From Eledone cirrhosa (taxonomy: Eukaryota): 64,000 bases of DNA. Made by a program: the position numbers and the translations under genes. Positions 13,934 through 29,200 of this stretch are shown piece by piece (position 1 is the first letter of the stretch; every line of letters begins with the position of its first letter). A model generated the notes under the pieces. That model had not been told where the DNA came from. It searched no databases and saw only the letters and a list, made by a program, of their open reading frames with translations. The stretch covers positions 33,790,001 through 33,854,000 of the forward strand of contig OZ024758.1 of assembly GCA_964016885.1 (NCBI GenBank), given 5' to 3'.

Positions 13934-16900
13934 CATGGTATTAGCTGTCAGAAGGAACGCCACTGTTGGTGAGAATTCATTTAAGTTCATGGTATTAGCT
14001 GTCAGAAGTAACTCCACTGTTGGTGAGAATTCATTTAAGTTCATGGTACTAGCTGTCAGAAGTAACTCCAATGTTGGTGAGAATTCATTTAAGTTCATGG
14101 TATTAGCTGTCAGAAGGAACTCCACTGTTGGTGAGAATTCATTTAAGTTCATGGTATTAGCTGTCAGAAGTAACTCCACTGTTGGTGAGAATTCATTTAA
14201 GTTCATGGTACTAGTTGTCAGAAGTAACTCCACTGTTGGTGAGAATTCATTTAAGTTCATGGTATTAGTTGTCAGAAGTAACTCCACTGTTGGTGAGAAT
14301 TCATTTATGTCATGGTATTAGTTGTCAGAAGTAACTCCCATGTTGGTGAGAATTCATTTAAGTTCATGGTACTAGTTGTCAGAAGTAACTCCACTGTTGG
14401 TGAGAATTCATTTAAGTTCATGGTATTAGCTGTCAGAAGTAACTCCACTGTTGGTGAGAATTCATTTAAGTCATGGTATTAGCTGTCAGAAGTAACTCCA
14501 TCGTTGGTGAGAATTCATTTAAGTCATGGTACTAGCTGTCAGAAGTAACTCCACTGTTGGTGTGAATTCATTTAAGTTCATGGTATTAGCTGACAGAAGG
14601 AACTCCACTGTTGGTGAGAATTCATTTAAGTTCATGGTACTAGCTGTCAGAAGTAACTCCACTGTTGGTGAGAATTCATTTAAGTTCATGGTATTACTTT
14701 GTCAGAAGTAACTCCACTGTTGGTGAGAATTCATTTAAGTCATGGTATTAGTTGTCAGAAGTAACTCCAATGTTGGTGAGAATTCATTTAAGTCATGGTA
14801 CTAGCTGTCAGAAGTAACTCCAATGTTGGTGAGAATTCATTTAAGTTCATGGTATTAGCTGTCAGAAGGAACTCCACTGTTGGTGAGAATTCATTTAAGT
14901 TCATGGTATTAGCTGTCAGAAGTAACTCCACTGTTGGTGAGAATTCATTTAAGTTCATGGTACTAGCTGTCAGAAGTAACTACAATGTTGGTGAGAATTC
15001 ATTTAAGTTCATGGTATTAGCTGTCAGAAGTAACTCCACTGTTGGTGAGAATTCATTTAAGTCATGGTATTAGCTGTCAGAAGTAACTCCAATGTTGGTG
15101 AGAATTCATTTAAGTTCATGGTATTAGCTGTCAGAAGTAACTCCACTGTTGGTGAGAATTCATTTAAGTTCATGGTATTAGCTGTCAGAAGTAACTCCAA
15201 TGTTGGTGAGAATTCATTTATGTCATGGTATTAGTTGTCAGAAGTAACTCCAATGTTGGTGAGAATTCATTTAAGTTCATGGTACTAGCTGTCAGAAGTA
15301 ACTCCACTGTTGGTGAGAATTCATTTAAGTTCATGGTATTAGCTGTCAGAAGTAAATCCACTGTTGGTGAGAATTCAGTTAAGTCATGGTATTAGCTGTC
15401 AGAAGTAACTCCATTGTTGGTGAGAATTCATTTAAGTCATGGTACTAGCTGTCAGAAGTAACTCCACTGTTGGTGAGAATTCATTTAAGTTCATGGTATT
15501 AGCTGTCAGAAGTAACTCCACTGTTGGTGAGAATTCATTTAAGTCATGGTATTAGTTGTCAGAAGTAACTCCAATGTTGGTGAGAATTCATTTAAGTTCA
15601 TGGTACTAGTTGTCAGAAGTAACTCCACTGTTGGTGAGAATTCATTTAAGTTCATGGTATTACTTTGTCAGAAGTAACTCCACTGTTGGTGAGAATTCAT
15701 TTAAGTCATGGTATTAGTTGTCAGAAGTAACTCCAATGTTGGTGAGAATTCATTTAAGTCATGGTACTAGCTGTCAGAAGTAACTCCAATGTTGGTGAGA
15801 ATTCATTTAAGTTCATGGTATTAGCTGTCAGAAGGAACTCCACTGTTGGTGAGAATTCATTTAAGTTCATGGTATTAGCTGTCAGAAGTAACTCCACTGT
15901 TGGTGAGAATTCATTTAAGTTCATGGTACTAGCTGTCAGAAGTAACTACAATGTTGGTGAGAATTCATTTAAGTTCATGGTATTAGCTGTCAGAAGTAAC
16001 TCCACTGTTGGTGAGAATTCATTTAAGTCATGGTATTAGCTGTCAGAAGTAACTCCAATGTTGGTGAGAATTCATTTAAGTTCATGGTATTAGCTGTCAG
16101 AAGTAACTCCAATGTTGGTGAGAATTCATTTATGTCGTGGTATTAGTTGTCAGAAGTAACTCCAATGTTGGTGAGAATTCATTTAAGTTCATGGTACTAG
16201 CTGTCAGAAGTAACTCCACTGTTGGTGAGAATTCATTTAAGTTCATGGTATTAGCTGTCAGAAGTAAATCCACTGTTGGTGAGAATTCATTTAAGTCATG
16301 GTATTAGCTGTCAGAAGTAACTCCATTGTTGGTGAGAATTCATTTAAGTCATGGTACTAGCTGTCAGAAGTAACTCCACTGTTGGTGAGAATTCATTTAA
16401 GTTCATGGTATTAGCTGTCAGAAGGAACTCCACTGTTGGTGAGAATTCATTTAAGTTCATGGTACTAGCTGTCAGAAGTAACTCCACTGTTGGTGAGAAT
16501 TCATTTAAGTTCATGGTATTAGTTTGTCAGAAGTAACTCCACTGTTGGTGAGAATTCATTTAAGTTCATGGTATTAGCTGTCAGAAGTAACTCCACTGTT
16601 GGTGAGAATTCATTTAAGTTCATGGTATTAGCTGTCAGAAGTAACTCCACTGTTGGTGAGAATTCATTTAAGTTCATGGTATTAGCTGTCAGAAGGAACT
16701 TCAATGTTGGTGAGAATTCATTTAAGTCATGGTACTAGCTGTCAGAAGTAACTCCACTGTTGGTGAGAATTCATTTAAGTTCATGGTATTAGCTGTCAGA
16801 AGGAACGCCACTGTTTGTGAGAATTCATTTAAGTTCATGGTATTAGCTGTCAGAAGTAACTCCACTGTTGGTGAGAATTCATTTAAGTTCATGGTACTAG

Positions 16901-19900
16901 CTGTCAGAAGTAACTCCACTGTTGGTGAGAATTCATTTAAGTTCATGGTACTAGCTGTCAGAAGTAACTCCACTGTTGGTGAGAATTCATTTAAGTTCAT
17001 GGTATTAGCTGTCAGAAGTCACTCCACTGTTGGTGAGAATTCATTTAAGTTCATGGTACTAGCTGTCAGAAGTAACCCCAATGTTGTTGAGAATTCATTT
17101 AAGTTCATGGTATTAGCTGTCAGAAGTCACTCCAATGTTGGTGAGAATTCATTTAAGTTCATGGTATTAGCTGTCAGAAGTAACTCCACTGTTGGTGAGA
17201 ATTCATTTAAGTTCATGGTATTAGCTGTCAGAAGAAACTCCACTGTTGGTGAGAATTCATTTAAGTTCATGGTATTAGCTGTCAGAAGGAACGCCACTGT
17301 TGGTGAGAATTCATTTAAGTTCATGGTATTAGCTGTCAGAAGTAACTCCACTGTTGGTGAGAATTCATTTAAGTTCATGGTACTAGCTGTCAGAAGTAAC
17401 TCCAATGTTGGTGAGAATTCATTTAAGTTCATGGTATTAGCTGTCAGAAGGAACTCCACTGTTGGTGAGAATTCATTTAAGTTCATGGTATTAGCTGTCA
17501 GAAGTAACTCCACTGTTGGTGAGAATTCATTTAAGTTCATGGTACTAGTTGTCAGAAGTAACTCCACTGTTGGTGAGAATTCATTTAAGTTCATGGTATT
17601 AGTTGTCAGAAGTAACTCCACTGTTGGTGAGAATTCATTTAAGTCATGGTATTAGTTGTCAGAAGTAACTCCCATGTTGGTGAGAATTCATTTAAGTTCA
17701 TGGTACTAGTTGTCAGAAGTAACTCCACTGTTGGTGAGAATTCATTTAAGTTCATGGTATTAGCTGTCAGAAGTAACTCCACTGTTGGTGAGAATTCATT
17801 TAAGTCATGGTATTAGCTGTCAGAAGTAACTCCATCGTTGGTGAGAATTCATTTAAGTCATGGTACTAGCTGTCAGAAGTAACTCCACTGTTGGTGTGAA
17901 TTCATTTAAGTTCATGGTATTAGCTGACAGAAGGAACTCCACTGTTGGTGAGAATTCATTTAAGTTCATGGTACTAGCTGTCAGAAGTAACTCCACTGTT
18001 GGTGAGAATTCATTTAAGTTCATGGTATTACTTTGTCAGAAGTAACTCCACTGTTGGTGAGAATTCATTTAAGTCATGGTATTAGTTGTCAGAAGTAACT
18101 CCAATGTTGGTGAGAATTCATTTAAGTCATGGTACTAGCTGTCAGAAGTAACTCCAATGTTGGTGAGAATTCATTTAAGTTCATGGTATTAGCTGTCAGA
18201 AGGAACTCCACTGTTGGTGAGAATTCATTTAAGTTCATGGTATTAGCTGTCAGAAGTAACTCCACTGTTGGTGAGAATTCATTTAAGTTCATGGTACTAG
18301 CTGTCAGAAGTAACTACAATGTTGGTGAGAATTCATTTAAGTTCATGGTATTAGCTGTCAGAAGTAACTCCACTGTTGGTGAGAATTCATTTAAGTCATG
18401 GTATTAGCTGTCAGAAGTAACTCCAATGTTGGTGAGAATTCATTTAAGTTCATGGTATTAGCTGTCAGAAGTAACTCCACTGTTGGTGAGAATTCATTTA
18501 AGTTCATGGTATTAGCTGTCAGAAGTAACTCCAATGTTGGTGAGAATTCATTTATGTCATGGTATTAGTTGTCAGAAGTAACTCCAATGTTGGTGAGAAT
18601 TCATTTAAGTTCATGGTACTAGCTGTCAGAAGTAACTCCACTGTTGGTGAGAATTCATTTAAGTTCATGGTATTAGCTGTCAGAAGTAAATCCACTGTTG
18701 GTGAGAATTCAGTTAAGTCATGGTATTAGCTGTCAGAAGTAACTCCATTGTTGGTGAGAATTCATTTAAGTCATGGTACTAGCTGTCAGAAGTAACTCCA
18801 CTGTTGGTGAGAATTCATTTAAGTTCATGGTATTAGCTGTCAGAAGTAACTCCACTGTTGGTGAGAATTCATTTAAGTCATGGTATTAGTTGTCAGAAGT
18901 AACTCCAATGTTGGTGAGAATTCATTTAAGTTCATGGTACTAGTTGTCAGAAGTAACTCCACTGTTGGTGAGAATTCATTTAAGTTCATGGTATTACTTT
19001 GTCAGAAGTAACTCCACTGTTGGTGAGAATTCATTTAAGTCATGGTATTAGTTGTCAGAAGTAACTCCAATGTTGGTGAGAATTCATTTAAGTCATGGTA
19101 CTAGCTGTCAGAAGTAACTCCAATGTTGGTGAGAATTCATTTAAGTTCATGGTATTAGCTGTCAGAAGGAACTCCACTGTTGGTGAGAATTCATTTAAGT
19201 TCATGGTATTAGCTGTCAGAAGTAACTCCACTGTTGGTGAGAATTCATTTAAGTTCATGGTACTAGCTGTCAGAAGTAACTACAATGTTGGTGAGAATTC
19301 ATTTAAGTTCATGGTATTAGCTGTCAGAAGTAACTCCACTGTTGGTGAGAATTCATTTAAGTCATGGTATTAGCTGTCAGAAGTAACTCCAATGTTGGTG
19401 AGAATTCATTTAAGTTCATGGTATTAGCTGTCAGAAGTAACTCCAATGTTGGTGAGAATTCATTTATGTCATGGTATTAGTTGTCAGAAGTAACTCCAAT
19501 GTTGGTGAGAATTCATTTAAGTTCATGGTACTAGCTGTCAGAAGTAACTCCACTGTTGGTGAGAATTCATTTAAGTTCATGGTATTAGCTGTCAGAAGTA
19601 AATCCACTGTTGGTGAGAATTCATTTAAGTCATGGTATTAGCTGTCAGAAGTAACTCCATTGTTGGTGAGAATTCATTTAAGTCATGGTACTAGCTGTCA
19701 GAAGTAACTCCACTGTTGGTGAGAATTCATTTAAGTTCATGGTATTAGCTGTCAGAAGGAACTCCACTGTTGGTGAGAATTCATTTAAGTTCATGGTACT
19801 AGCTGTCAGAAGTAACTCCACTGTTGGTGAGAATTCATTTAAGTTCATGGTATTAGTTTGTCAGAAGTAACTCCACTGTTGGTGAGAATTCATTTAAGTT

Positions 19901-20252
19901 CATGGTATTAGCTGTCAGAAGTAACTCCACTGTTGGTGAGAATTCATTTAAGTTCATGGTATTAGCTGTCAGAAGTAACTCCACTGTTGGTGAGAATTCA
20001 TTTAAGTTCATGGTATTAGCTGTCAGAAGGAACTTCAATGTTGGTGAGAATTCATTTAAGTCATGGTACTAGCTGTCAGAAGTAACTCCACTGTTGGTGA
20101 GAATTCATTTAAGTTCATGGTATTAGCTGTCAGAAGGAACGCCACTGTTTGTGAGAATTCATTTAAGTTCATGGTATTAGCTGTCAGAAGTAACTCCACT
20201 GTTGGTGAGAATTCATTTAAGTTCATGGTACTAGCTGTCAGAAGTAACTCCA
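13934..20252 (+). repeat. Block duplication at 3,334-bp offset (~13934-16918 / ~17268-20252)
   Basis: Private variants CCATCG (14501/17835) and GAATTCAGTT (15371/18705). ORF pairs 14526/17860, 14795/18129, 15761/19095 and 16351/19685. Confidence 0.9.
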
Positions 20253-23200
20253 ATGTTGGTGAGAATTCATTTAAGTTCATGGTATTAGCTGTCAGAAGGA
20301 ACTCCACTGTTGGTGAGAATTCATTTAAGTTCATGGTATTAGCTGTCAGAAGGAACTCCAATGTTTGTGAGAATTCATTTAAGTTCATGGTATTAGCTGT
20401 CAGAAGTAACTCCACTGTTGGTGAGAATTCATTTAAGTCATGGTATTAGTTGTCAGAAGTTACTCCAATGTTGGTGAGAATTCATTTAAGTTCATGGTAT
20501 TAGCTGTCAGAAGTAACTCCACTGTTGGTGAGAATTCATTTAAGTTCATGGTATTAGCTGTCAGAAGGAACTCCAATGTTGGTGAGAATTCATTTAAGTC
20601 ATGGTACTAGCTGTCAGAAGTAACTCCACTGTTGGTGAGAATTCATTTAAGTTCATGGTATTAGCTGTCAGAAGGAACGCCACTGTTGGTGAGAATTCAT
20701 TTAAGTTCATGGTATTAGCTGTCAGAAGTAACTCCACTGTTGGTGAGAATTCATTTAAGTTCATGGTACTAGCTGTCAGAAGTAACTCCAATGTTGGTGA
20801 GAATTCATTTAAGTTCATGGTATTAGCTGTCAGAAGGAACTCCACTGTTGGTGAGAATTCATTTAAGTTCATGGTATTAGCTGTCAGAAGTAACTCCACT
20901 GTTGGTGAGAATTCATTTAAGTCATGGTATTAGCTGTCAGAAGTAACTCCATTGTTGGTGAGAATTCATTTAAGTCATGGTACTAGCTGTCACAAGTAAC
21001 TCCACTGTTGGTGAGAATTCATATAAGTTCATGGTATTAGTTTGTCAGAAGTAACTCCACTGTTGGTGAGAATTCATTTAAGTCATGGTATTAGTTGTCA
21101 GAAGTAACTCCAATGTTGGTGAGAATTCATTTATGTTCATGGTACTAGCTGTCAGAAGTAACTCCATTGTTGGTGAGAATTCATTTAAGTTCATGGTACT
21201 AGCTGTCAGAAGTAACTCCACTGTTGGTGAGAATTCATTTAAGTTCATGGTATTAGTTTGTCAGAAGTAACTCCACTGTTGGTGAGAATTCATTTAAGTC
21301 ATGGTATTAGTTGTCAGAAGTAACTCCAATGTTGGTGAGAATTCATTTAAGTTATGGTACTAGCTGTCAGAAGTAACTCCAATGTTGGTGAGAATTCATT
21401 TAAGTTCATGGTATTAGCTGTCAGAAGTAACTCCACTGTTGGTGAGAATTCATTTAAGTTCATGGTACTAGCTGTCAGAAGTAACTACAATGTTGGTGAG
21501 AATTCATTTAAGTTCATGGTATTAGCTGTCAGAAGTAACTCCACTGTTGGTGAGAATTCATTTAAGTCATGGTATTAGCTGTCAGAAGTAACTCCAATGT
21601 TGGTGAGAATTCATTTAAGTTCATGGTATTAGCTGTCAGAAGTAACTCCACTGTTGGTGAGAATTCATTTAAGTTCATGGTATTAGCTGTCAGAAGTAAC
21701 TCCAATGTTGGTGAGAATTCATTTAAGTTCATGGTATTAGCTGTCAGAAGTAACTCCAATGTTGGTGAGAATTCATTTAAGTCATGGTACTAGCTGTCAG
21801 AAGTAACTCCACTGTTGGTGAGAATTCATTTAAGTTCATGGTATTAGCTGTCAGAAGGAACGCCACTGTTGGTGAGAATTCATTTAAGTTCATGGTATTA
21901 GCTGTCAGAAGTAACTCCACTGTTGGTGAGAATTCATTTAAGTTCATGGTACTAGCTGTCAGAAGTAACTCCAATGTTGGTGAGAATTCATTTAAGTTCA
22001 TGGTATTAGCTGTCAGAAGGAACTCCACTGTTGGTGAGAATTCATTTAAGTTCATGGTATTAGCTGTCAGAAGTAACTCCACTGTTGGTGAGAATTCATT
22101 TAAGTCATGGTATTAGCTGTCAGAAGTAACTCCATTGTTGGTGAGAATTCATTTAAGTCATGGTACTAGCTGTCACAAGTAACTCCACTGTTGGTGAGAA
22201 TTCATTTAAGTTCATGGTATTAGTTTGTCAGAAGTAACTCCACTGTTGGTGAGAATTCATTTAAGTCATGGTATTAGTTGTCAGAAGTAACTCCAATGTT
22301 GGTGAGAATTCATTTAAGTTCATGGTACTAGCTGTCAGAAGTAACTCCATTGTTGGTGAGAATTCATTTAAGTTCATGGTACTAGCTGTCAGAAGTAACT
22401 CCACTGTTGGTGAGAATTCATTTAAGTTCATGGTATTAGCTGTCAGAAGTAACTCCACTGTTGGTGAGAATTCATTTAAGTTCATGGTACTAGTTGTCAG
22501 AAGTAACTCCAATGTTGGTGAGAATTCATTTAAGTTCATGGTATTAGCTGTCAGAAGGAACTCCACTGTTGGTGAGAATTCATTTAAGTTCATGGTATTA
22601 GCTGTCAGAAGGAACTCCAATGTTTGTGAGAATTCATTTAAGTTCATGGTATTAGCTGTCAGAAGTAACTCCACTGTTGGTGAGAATTCATTTAAGTCAT
22701 GGTATTAGTTGTCAGAAGTTACTCCAATGTTGGTGAGAATTCATTTAAGTTCATGGTATTAGCTGTCAGAAGTAACTCCACTGTTGGTGAGAATTCATTT
22801 AAGTTCATGGTATTAGCTGTCAGAAGGAACTCCAATGTTGGTGAGAATTCATTTAAGTCATGGTACTAGCTGTCAGAAGTAACTCGACTGTTGGTGAGAA
22901 TTCATTTAAGTTCATGGTATTAGCTGTCAGAAGGAACGCCACTGTTGGTGAGAATTCATTTAAGTTCATGGTAATAGCTGTCAGAAGTAACTCCACTGTT
23001 GGTGAGAATTCATTTAAGTTCATGGTACTAGCTGTCAGAAGTAACTCCAATGTTGGTGAGAATTCATTTAAGTTCATGGTATTAGCTGTCAGAAGGAACT
23101 CCACTGTTGGTGAGAATTCATTTAAGTTCATGGTATTAGCTGTCAGAAGTAACTCCACTGTTGGTGAGAATTCATTTAAGTCATGGTATTAGCTGTCAGA

Positions 23201-26200
23201 AGTAACTCCATTGTTGGTGAGAATTCATTTAAGTCATGGTACTAGCTGTCACAAGTAACTCCACTGTTGGTGAGAATTCATTTAAGTTCATGGTATTAGT
23301 TTGTCAGAAGTAACTCCACTGTTGGTGAGAATTCATTTAAGTCATGGTATTAGTTGTCAGAAGTAACTCCAATGTTGGTGAGAATTCATTTAAGTTCATG
23401 GTACTAGCTGTCAGAAGTAACTCCATTGTTGGTGAGAATTCATTTAAGTCATGGTACTAGCTGTCAGAAGTAACTCCACTGTTGGTGAGAATTCATTTAA
23501 GTTCATGGTATTAGCTGTCAGAAGGAACTCCACTGTTGGTGAGAATTCATTTCAGTTCATGGTACTAGCTGTCAGAAGTAACTCCACTGTTGGTGAGAAT
23601 TCATTTAAGTTCATGGTATTAGTTTGTCAGAAGTAACTCCACTGTTGGTGAGAATTCATTTAAGTTCATGGTATTAGCTGTCAGAAGTAACTCCACTGTT
23701 GGTGAGAATTCATTTAAGTTCATGGTATTAGCTGTCAGAAGTAACTCCACTGTTGGTGAGAATTCATTTAAGTTCATGGTATTAGCTGTCAGAAGGAACT
23801 TCAATGTTGGTGAGAATTCATTTAAGTCATGGTACTAGCTGTCAGAAGTAACTCCACTGTTGGTGAGAATTCATTTAAGTTCATGGTATTAGCTGTCAGA
23901 AGGAACGCCACTGTTTGTGAGAATTCATTTAAGTTCATGGTATTAGCTGTCAGAAGTAACTCCACTGTTGGTGAGAATTCATTTAAGTTCATGGTACTAG
24001 CTGTCAGAAGTAACTCCAATGTTGGTGAGAATTCATTTAAGTTCATGGTATTAGCTGTCAGAAGGAACTCCACTGTTGGTGAGAATTCATTTAAGTTCAT
24101 GGTATTAGCTGTCAGAAGGAACTCCAATGTTTGTGAGAATTCATTTAAGTTCATGGTATTAGCTGTCAGAAGTAACTCCACTGTTGGTGAGAATTCATTT
24201 AAGTTCATGGTATTAGTTTGTCAGAAGTAACTCCACTGTTGGTGAGAATTCATTTAAGTCATGGTATTAGTTGTCAGAAGTAACTCCAATGTTGGTGAGA
24301 ATTCATTTAAGTCATGGTACTAGCTGTCAGAAGTAACTCCAATGTTGGTGAGAATTCATTTAAGTTCATGGTACTAGCTGTCAGAAGGAACTCCAATGTT
24401 GGTGAGAATTCATTTAAGTCATGGTACTAGCTGTCAGAAGTAACTCCACTGTTGGTGAGAATTCATTTAAGTTCATGGTATTAGCTGTCAGAAGGAACGC
24501 CACTGTTTGTGAGAATTCATTTAAGTTCATGGTATTAGCTGTCAGAAGTAACTCCACTGTTGGTGAGAATTCATTTAAGTTCATGGTACTAGCTGTCAGA
24601 AGTAACTCCAATGTTGGTGAGAATTCATTTAAGTTCATGGTATTAGCTGTCAGAAGGAACTCCACTGTTGGTGAGAATTCATTTAAGTTCATGGTATTAG
24701 CTGTCAGAAGGAACTCCAATGTTTGTGAGAATTCATTTAAGTTCATGGTATTAGCTGTCAGAAGTAACTCCACTGTTGGTGAGAATTCATTTAAGTCATG
24801 GTATTAGTTGTCAGAAGTTACTCCAATGTTGGTGAGAATTCATTTAAGTTCATGGTATTAGCTGTCAGAAGTAACTCCACTGTTGGTGAGAATTCATTTA
24901 AGTTCATGGTATTAGCTGTCAGAAGGAACTCCAATGTTGGTGAGAATTCATTTAAGTCATGGTACTAGCTGTCAGAAGTAACTCCACTGTTGGTGAGAAT
25001 TCATTTAAGTTCATGGTATTAGCTGTCAGAAGGAACGCCACTGTTGGTGAGAATTCATTTAAGTTCATGGTATTAGCTGTCAGAAGTAACTCCACTGTTG
25101 GTGAGAATTCATTTAAGTTCATGGTACTAGCTGTCAGAAGTAACTCCAATGTTGGTGAGAATTCATTTAAGTTCATGGTATTAGCTGTCAGAAGGAACTC
25201 CACTGTTGGTGAGAATTCATTTAAGTTCATGGTATTAGCTGTCAGAAGTAACTCCACTGTTGGTGAGAATTCATTTAAGTCATGGTATTAGCTGTCAGAA
25301 GTAACTCCATTGTTGGTGAGAATTCATTTAAGTCATGGTACTAGCTGTCACAAGTAACTCCACTGTTGGTGAGAATTCATATAAGTTCATGGTATTAGTT
25401 TGTCAGAAGTAACTCCACTGTTGGTGAGAATTCATTTAAGTCATGGTATTAGTTGTCAGAAGTAACTCCAATGTTGGTGAGAATTCATTTATGTTCATGG
25501 TACTAGCTGTCAGAAGTAACTCCATTGTTGGTGAGAATTCATTTAAGTTCATGGTACTAGCTGTCAGAAGTAACTCCACTGTTGGTGAGAATTCATTTAA
25601 GTTCATGGTATTAGTTTGTCAGAAGTAACTCCACTGTTGGTGAGAATTCATTTAAGTCATGGTATTAGTTGTCAGAAGTAACTCCAATGTTGGTGAGAAT
25701 TCATTTAAGTTATGGTACTAGCTGTCAGAAGTAACTCCAATGTTGGTGAGAATTCATTTAAGTTCATGGTATTAGCTGTCAGAAGTAACTCCACTGTTGG
25801 TGAGAATTCATTTAAGTTCATGGTACTAGCTGTCAGAAGTAACTACAATGTTGGTGAGAATTCATTTAAGTTCATGGTATTAGCTGTCAGAAGTAACTCC
25901 ACTGTTGGTGAGAATTCATTTAAGTTCATGGTATTAGCTGTCAGAAGTAACTCCAATGTTGGTGAGAATTCATTTAAGTTCATGGTATTAGCTGTCAGAA
26001 GTAACTCCAATGTTGGTGAGAATTCATTTAAGTCATGGTACTAGCTGTCAGAAGTAACTCCACTGTTGGTGAGAATTCATTTAAGTTCATGGTATTAGCT
26101 GTCAGAAGGAACGCCACTGTTGGTGAGAATTCATTTAAGTTCATGGTATTAGCTGTCAGAAGTAACTCCACTGTTGGTGAGAATTCATTTAAGTTCATGG

Positions 26201-29200
26201 TACTAGCTGTCAGAAGTAACTCCAATGTTGGTGAGAATTCATTTAAGTTCATGGTATTAGCTGTCAGAAGTAACTCCACTGTTGGTGAGAATTCATTTAA
26301 GTCATGGTATTAGTTGTCAGAAGTTACTCCAATGTTGGTGAGAATTCATTTAAGTTCATGGTATTAGCTGTCAGAAGTAACTCCACTGTTGGTGAGAATT
26401 CATTTAAGTTCATGGTATTAGCTGTCAGAAGGAACTCCAATGTTGGTGAGAATTCATTTAAGTCATGGTACTAGCTGTCAGAAGTAACTCCACTGTTGGT
26501 GAGAATTCATTTAAGTTCATGGTATTAGCTGTCAGAAGGAACGCCACTGTTGGTGAGAATTCATTTAAGTTCATGGTATTAGCTGTCAGAAGTAACTCCA
26601 CTGTTGGTGAGAATTCATTTAAGTTCATGGTACTAGCTGTCAGAAGTAACTCCAATGTTGGTGAGAATTCATTTAAGTTCATGGTATTAGCTGTCAGAAG
26701 GAACTCCACTGTTGGTGAGAATTCATTTAAGTTCATGGTATTAGCTGTCAGAAGTAACTCCACTGTTGGTGAGAATTCATTTAAGTCATGGTATTAGCTG
26801 TCAGAAGTAACTCCATTGTTGGTGAGAATTCATTTAAGTCATGGTACTAGCTGTCACAAGTAACTCCACTGTTGGTGAGAATTCATATAAGTTCATGGTA
26901 TTAGTTTGTCAGAAGTAACTCCACTGTTGGTGAGAATTCATTTAAGTCATGGTATTAGTTGTCAGAAGTAACTCCAATGTTGGTGAGAATTCATTTATGT
27001 TCATGGTACTAGCTGTCAGAAGTAACTCCATTGTTGGTGAGAATTCATTTAAGTTCATGGTACTAGCTGTCAGAAGTAACTCCACTGTTGGTGAGAATTC
27101 ATTTAAGTTCATGGTATTAGTTTGTCAGAAGTAACTCCACTGTTGGTGAGAATTCATTTAAGTCATGGTATTAGTTGTCAGAAGTAACTCCAATGTTGGT
27201 GAGAATTCATTTAAGTTATGGTACTAGCTGTCAGAAGTAACTCCAATGTTGGTGAGAATTCATTTAAGTTCATGGTATTAGCTGTCAGAAGTAACTCCAC
27301 TGTTGGTGAGAATTCATTTAAGTTCATGGTACTAGCTGTCAGAAGTAACTACAATGTTGGTGAGAATTCATTTAAGTTCATGGTATTAGCTGTCAGAAGT
27401 AACTCCACTGTTGGTGAGAATTCATTTAAGTCATGGTATTAGCTGTCAGAAGTAACTCCAATGTTGGTGAGAATTCATTTAAGTTCATGGTATTAGCTGT
27501 CAGAAGTAACTCCACTGTTGGTGAGAATTCATTTAAGTTCATGGTATTAGCTGTCAGAAGTAACTCCAATGTTGGTGAGAATTCATTTAAGTTCATGGTA
27601 TTAGCTGTCAGAAGTAACTCCAATGTTGGTGAGAATTCATTTAAGTCATGGTACTAGCTGTCAGAAGTAACTCCACTGTTGGTGAGAATTCATTTAAGTT
27701 CATGGTATTTGCTGTCAGAAGGAACGCCACTGTTGGTGAGAATTCATTTAAGTTCATGGTATTAGCTGTCAGAAGTAACTCCACTGTTGGTGAGAATTCA
27801 TTTAAGTTCATGGTACTAGCTGTCAGAAGTAACTCCAATGTTGGTGAGAATTCATTTAAGTTCATGGTATTAGCTGTCAGAAGGAACTCCACTGTTGGTG
27901 AGAATTCATTTAAGTTCATGGTATTAGCTGTCAGAAGTAACTCCACTGTTGGTGAGAATTCATTTAAGTCATGGTATTAGCTGTCAGAAGTAACTCCATT
28001 GTTGGTGAGAATTCATTTAAGTCATGGTACTAGCTGTCACAAGTAACTCCACTGTTGGTGAGAATTCATTTAAGTTCATGGTATTAGTTTGTCAGAAGTA
28101 ACTCCACTGTTGGTGAGAATTCATTTAAGTCATGGTATTAGTTGTCAGAAGTAACTCCAATGTTGGTGAGAATTCATTTAAGTTCATGGTACTAGCTGTC
28201 AGAAGTAACTCCATTGTTGGTGAGAATTCATTTAAGTTCATGGTACTAGCTGTCAGAAGTAACTCCACTGTTGGTGAGAATTCATTTAAGTTCATGGTAT
28301 TAGCTGTCAGAAGTAACTCCACTGTTGGTGAGAATTCATTTAAGTTTATGGTACTAGTTGTCAGAAGTAACTCCAATGTTGGTGAGAATTCATTTAAGTT
28401 CATGGTATTAGCTGTCAGAAGGAACTCCACTGTTGGTGAGAATTCATTTAAGTTCATGGTATTAGCTGTCAGAAGGAACTCCAATGTTTGTGAGAATTCA
28501 TTTAAGTTCATGGTATTAGCTGTCAGAAGTAACTCCACTGTTGGTGAGAATTCATTTAAGTCATGGTATTAGTTGTCAGAAGTTACTCCAATGTTGGTGA
28601 GAATTCATTTAAGTTCATGGTATTAGCTGTCAGAAGTAACTCCACTGTTGGTGAGAATTCATTTAAGTTCATGGTATTAGCTGTCAGAAGGAACTCCAAT
28701 GTTGGTGAGAATTCATTTAAGTCATGGTACTAGCTGTCAGAAGTAACTCGACTGTTGGTGAGAATTCATTTAAGTTCATGGTATTAGCTGTCAGAAGGAA
28801 CGCCACTGTTGGTGAGAATTCATTTAAGTTCATGGTAATAGCTGTCAGAAGTAACTCCACTGTTGGTGAGAATTCATTTAAGTTCATGGTATTAGCTGTC
28901 AGAAGGAACTCCAATGTTGGTGAGAATTCATTTAAGTCATGGTACTAGCTGTCAGAAGTAACTCGACTGTTGGTGAGAATTCATTTAAGTTCATGGTATT
29001 AGCTGTCAGAAGGAACGCCACTGTTGGTGAGAATTCATTTAAGTTCATGGTAATAGCTGTCAGAAGTAACTCCACTGTTGGTGAGAATTCATTTAAGTTC
29101 ATGGTACTAGCTGTCAGAAGTAACTCCACTGTTGGTGAGAATTCATTTAAGTTCATGGTATTAGTTTGTCAGAAGTAACTCCACTGTTGGTGAGAATTCA

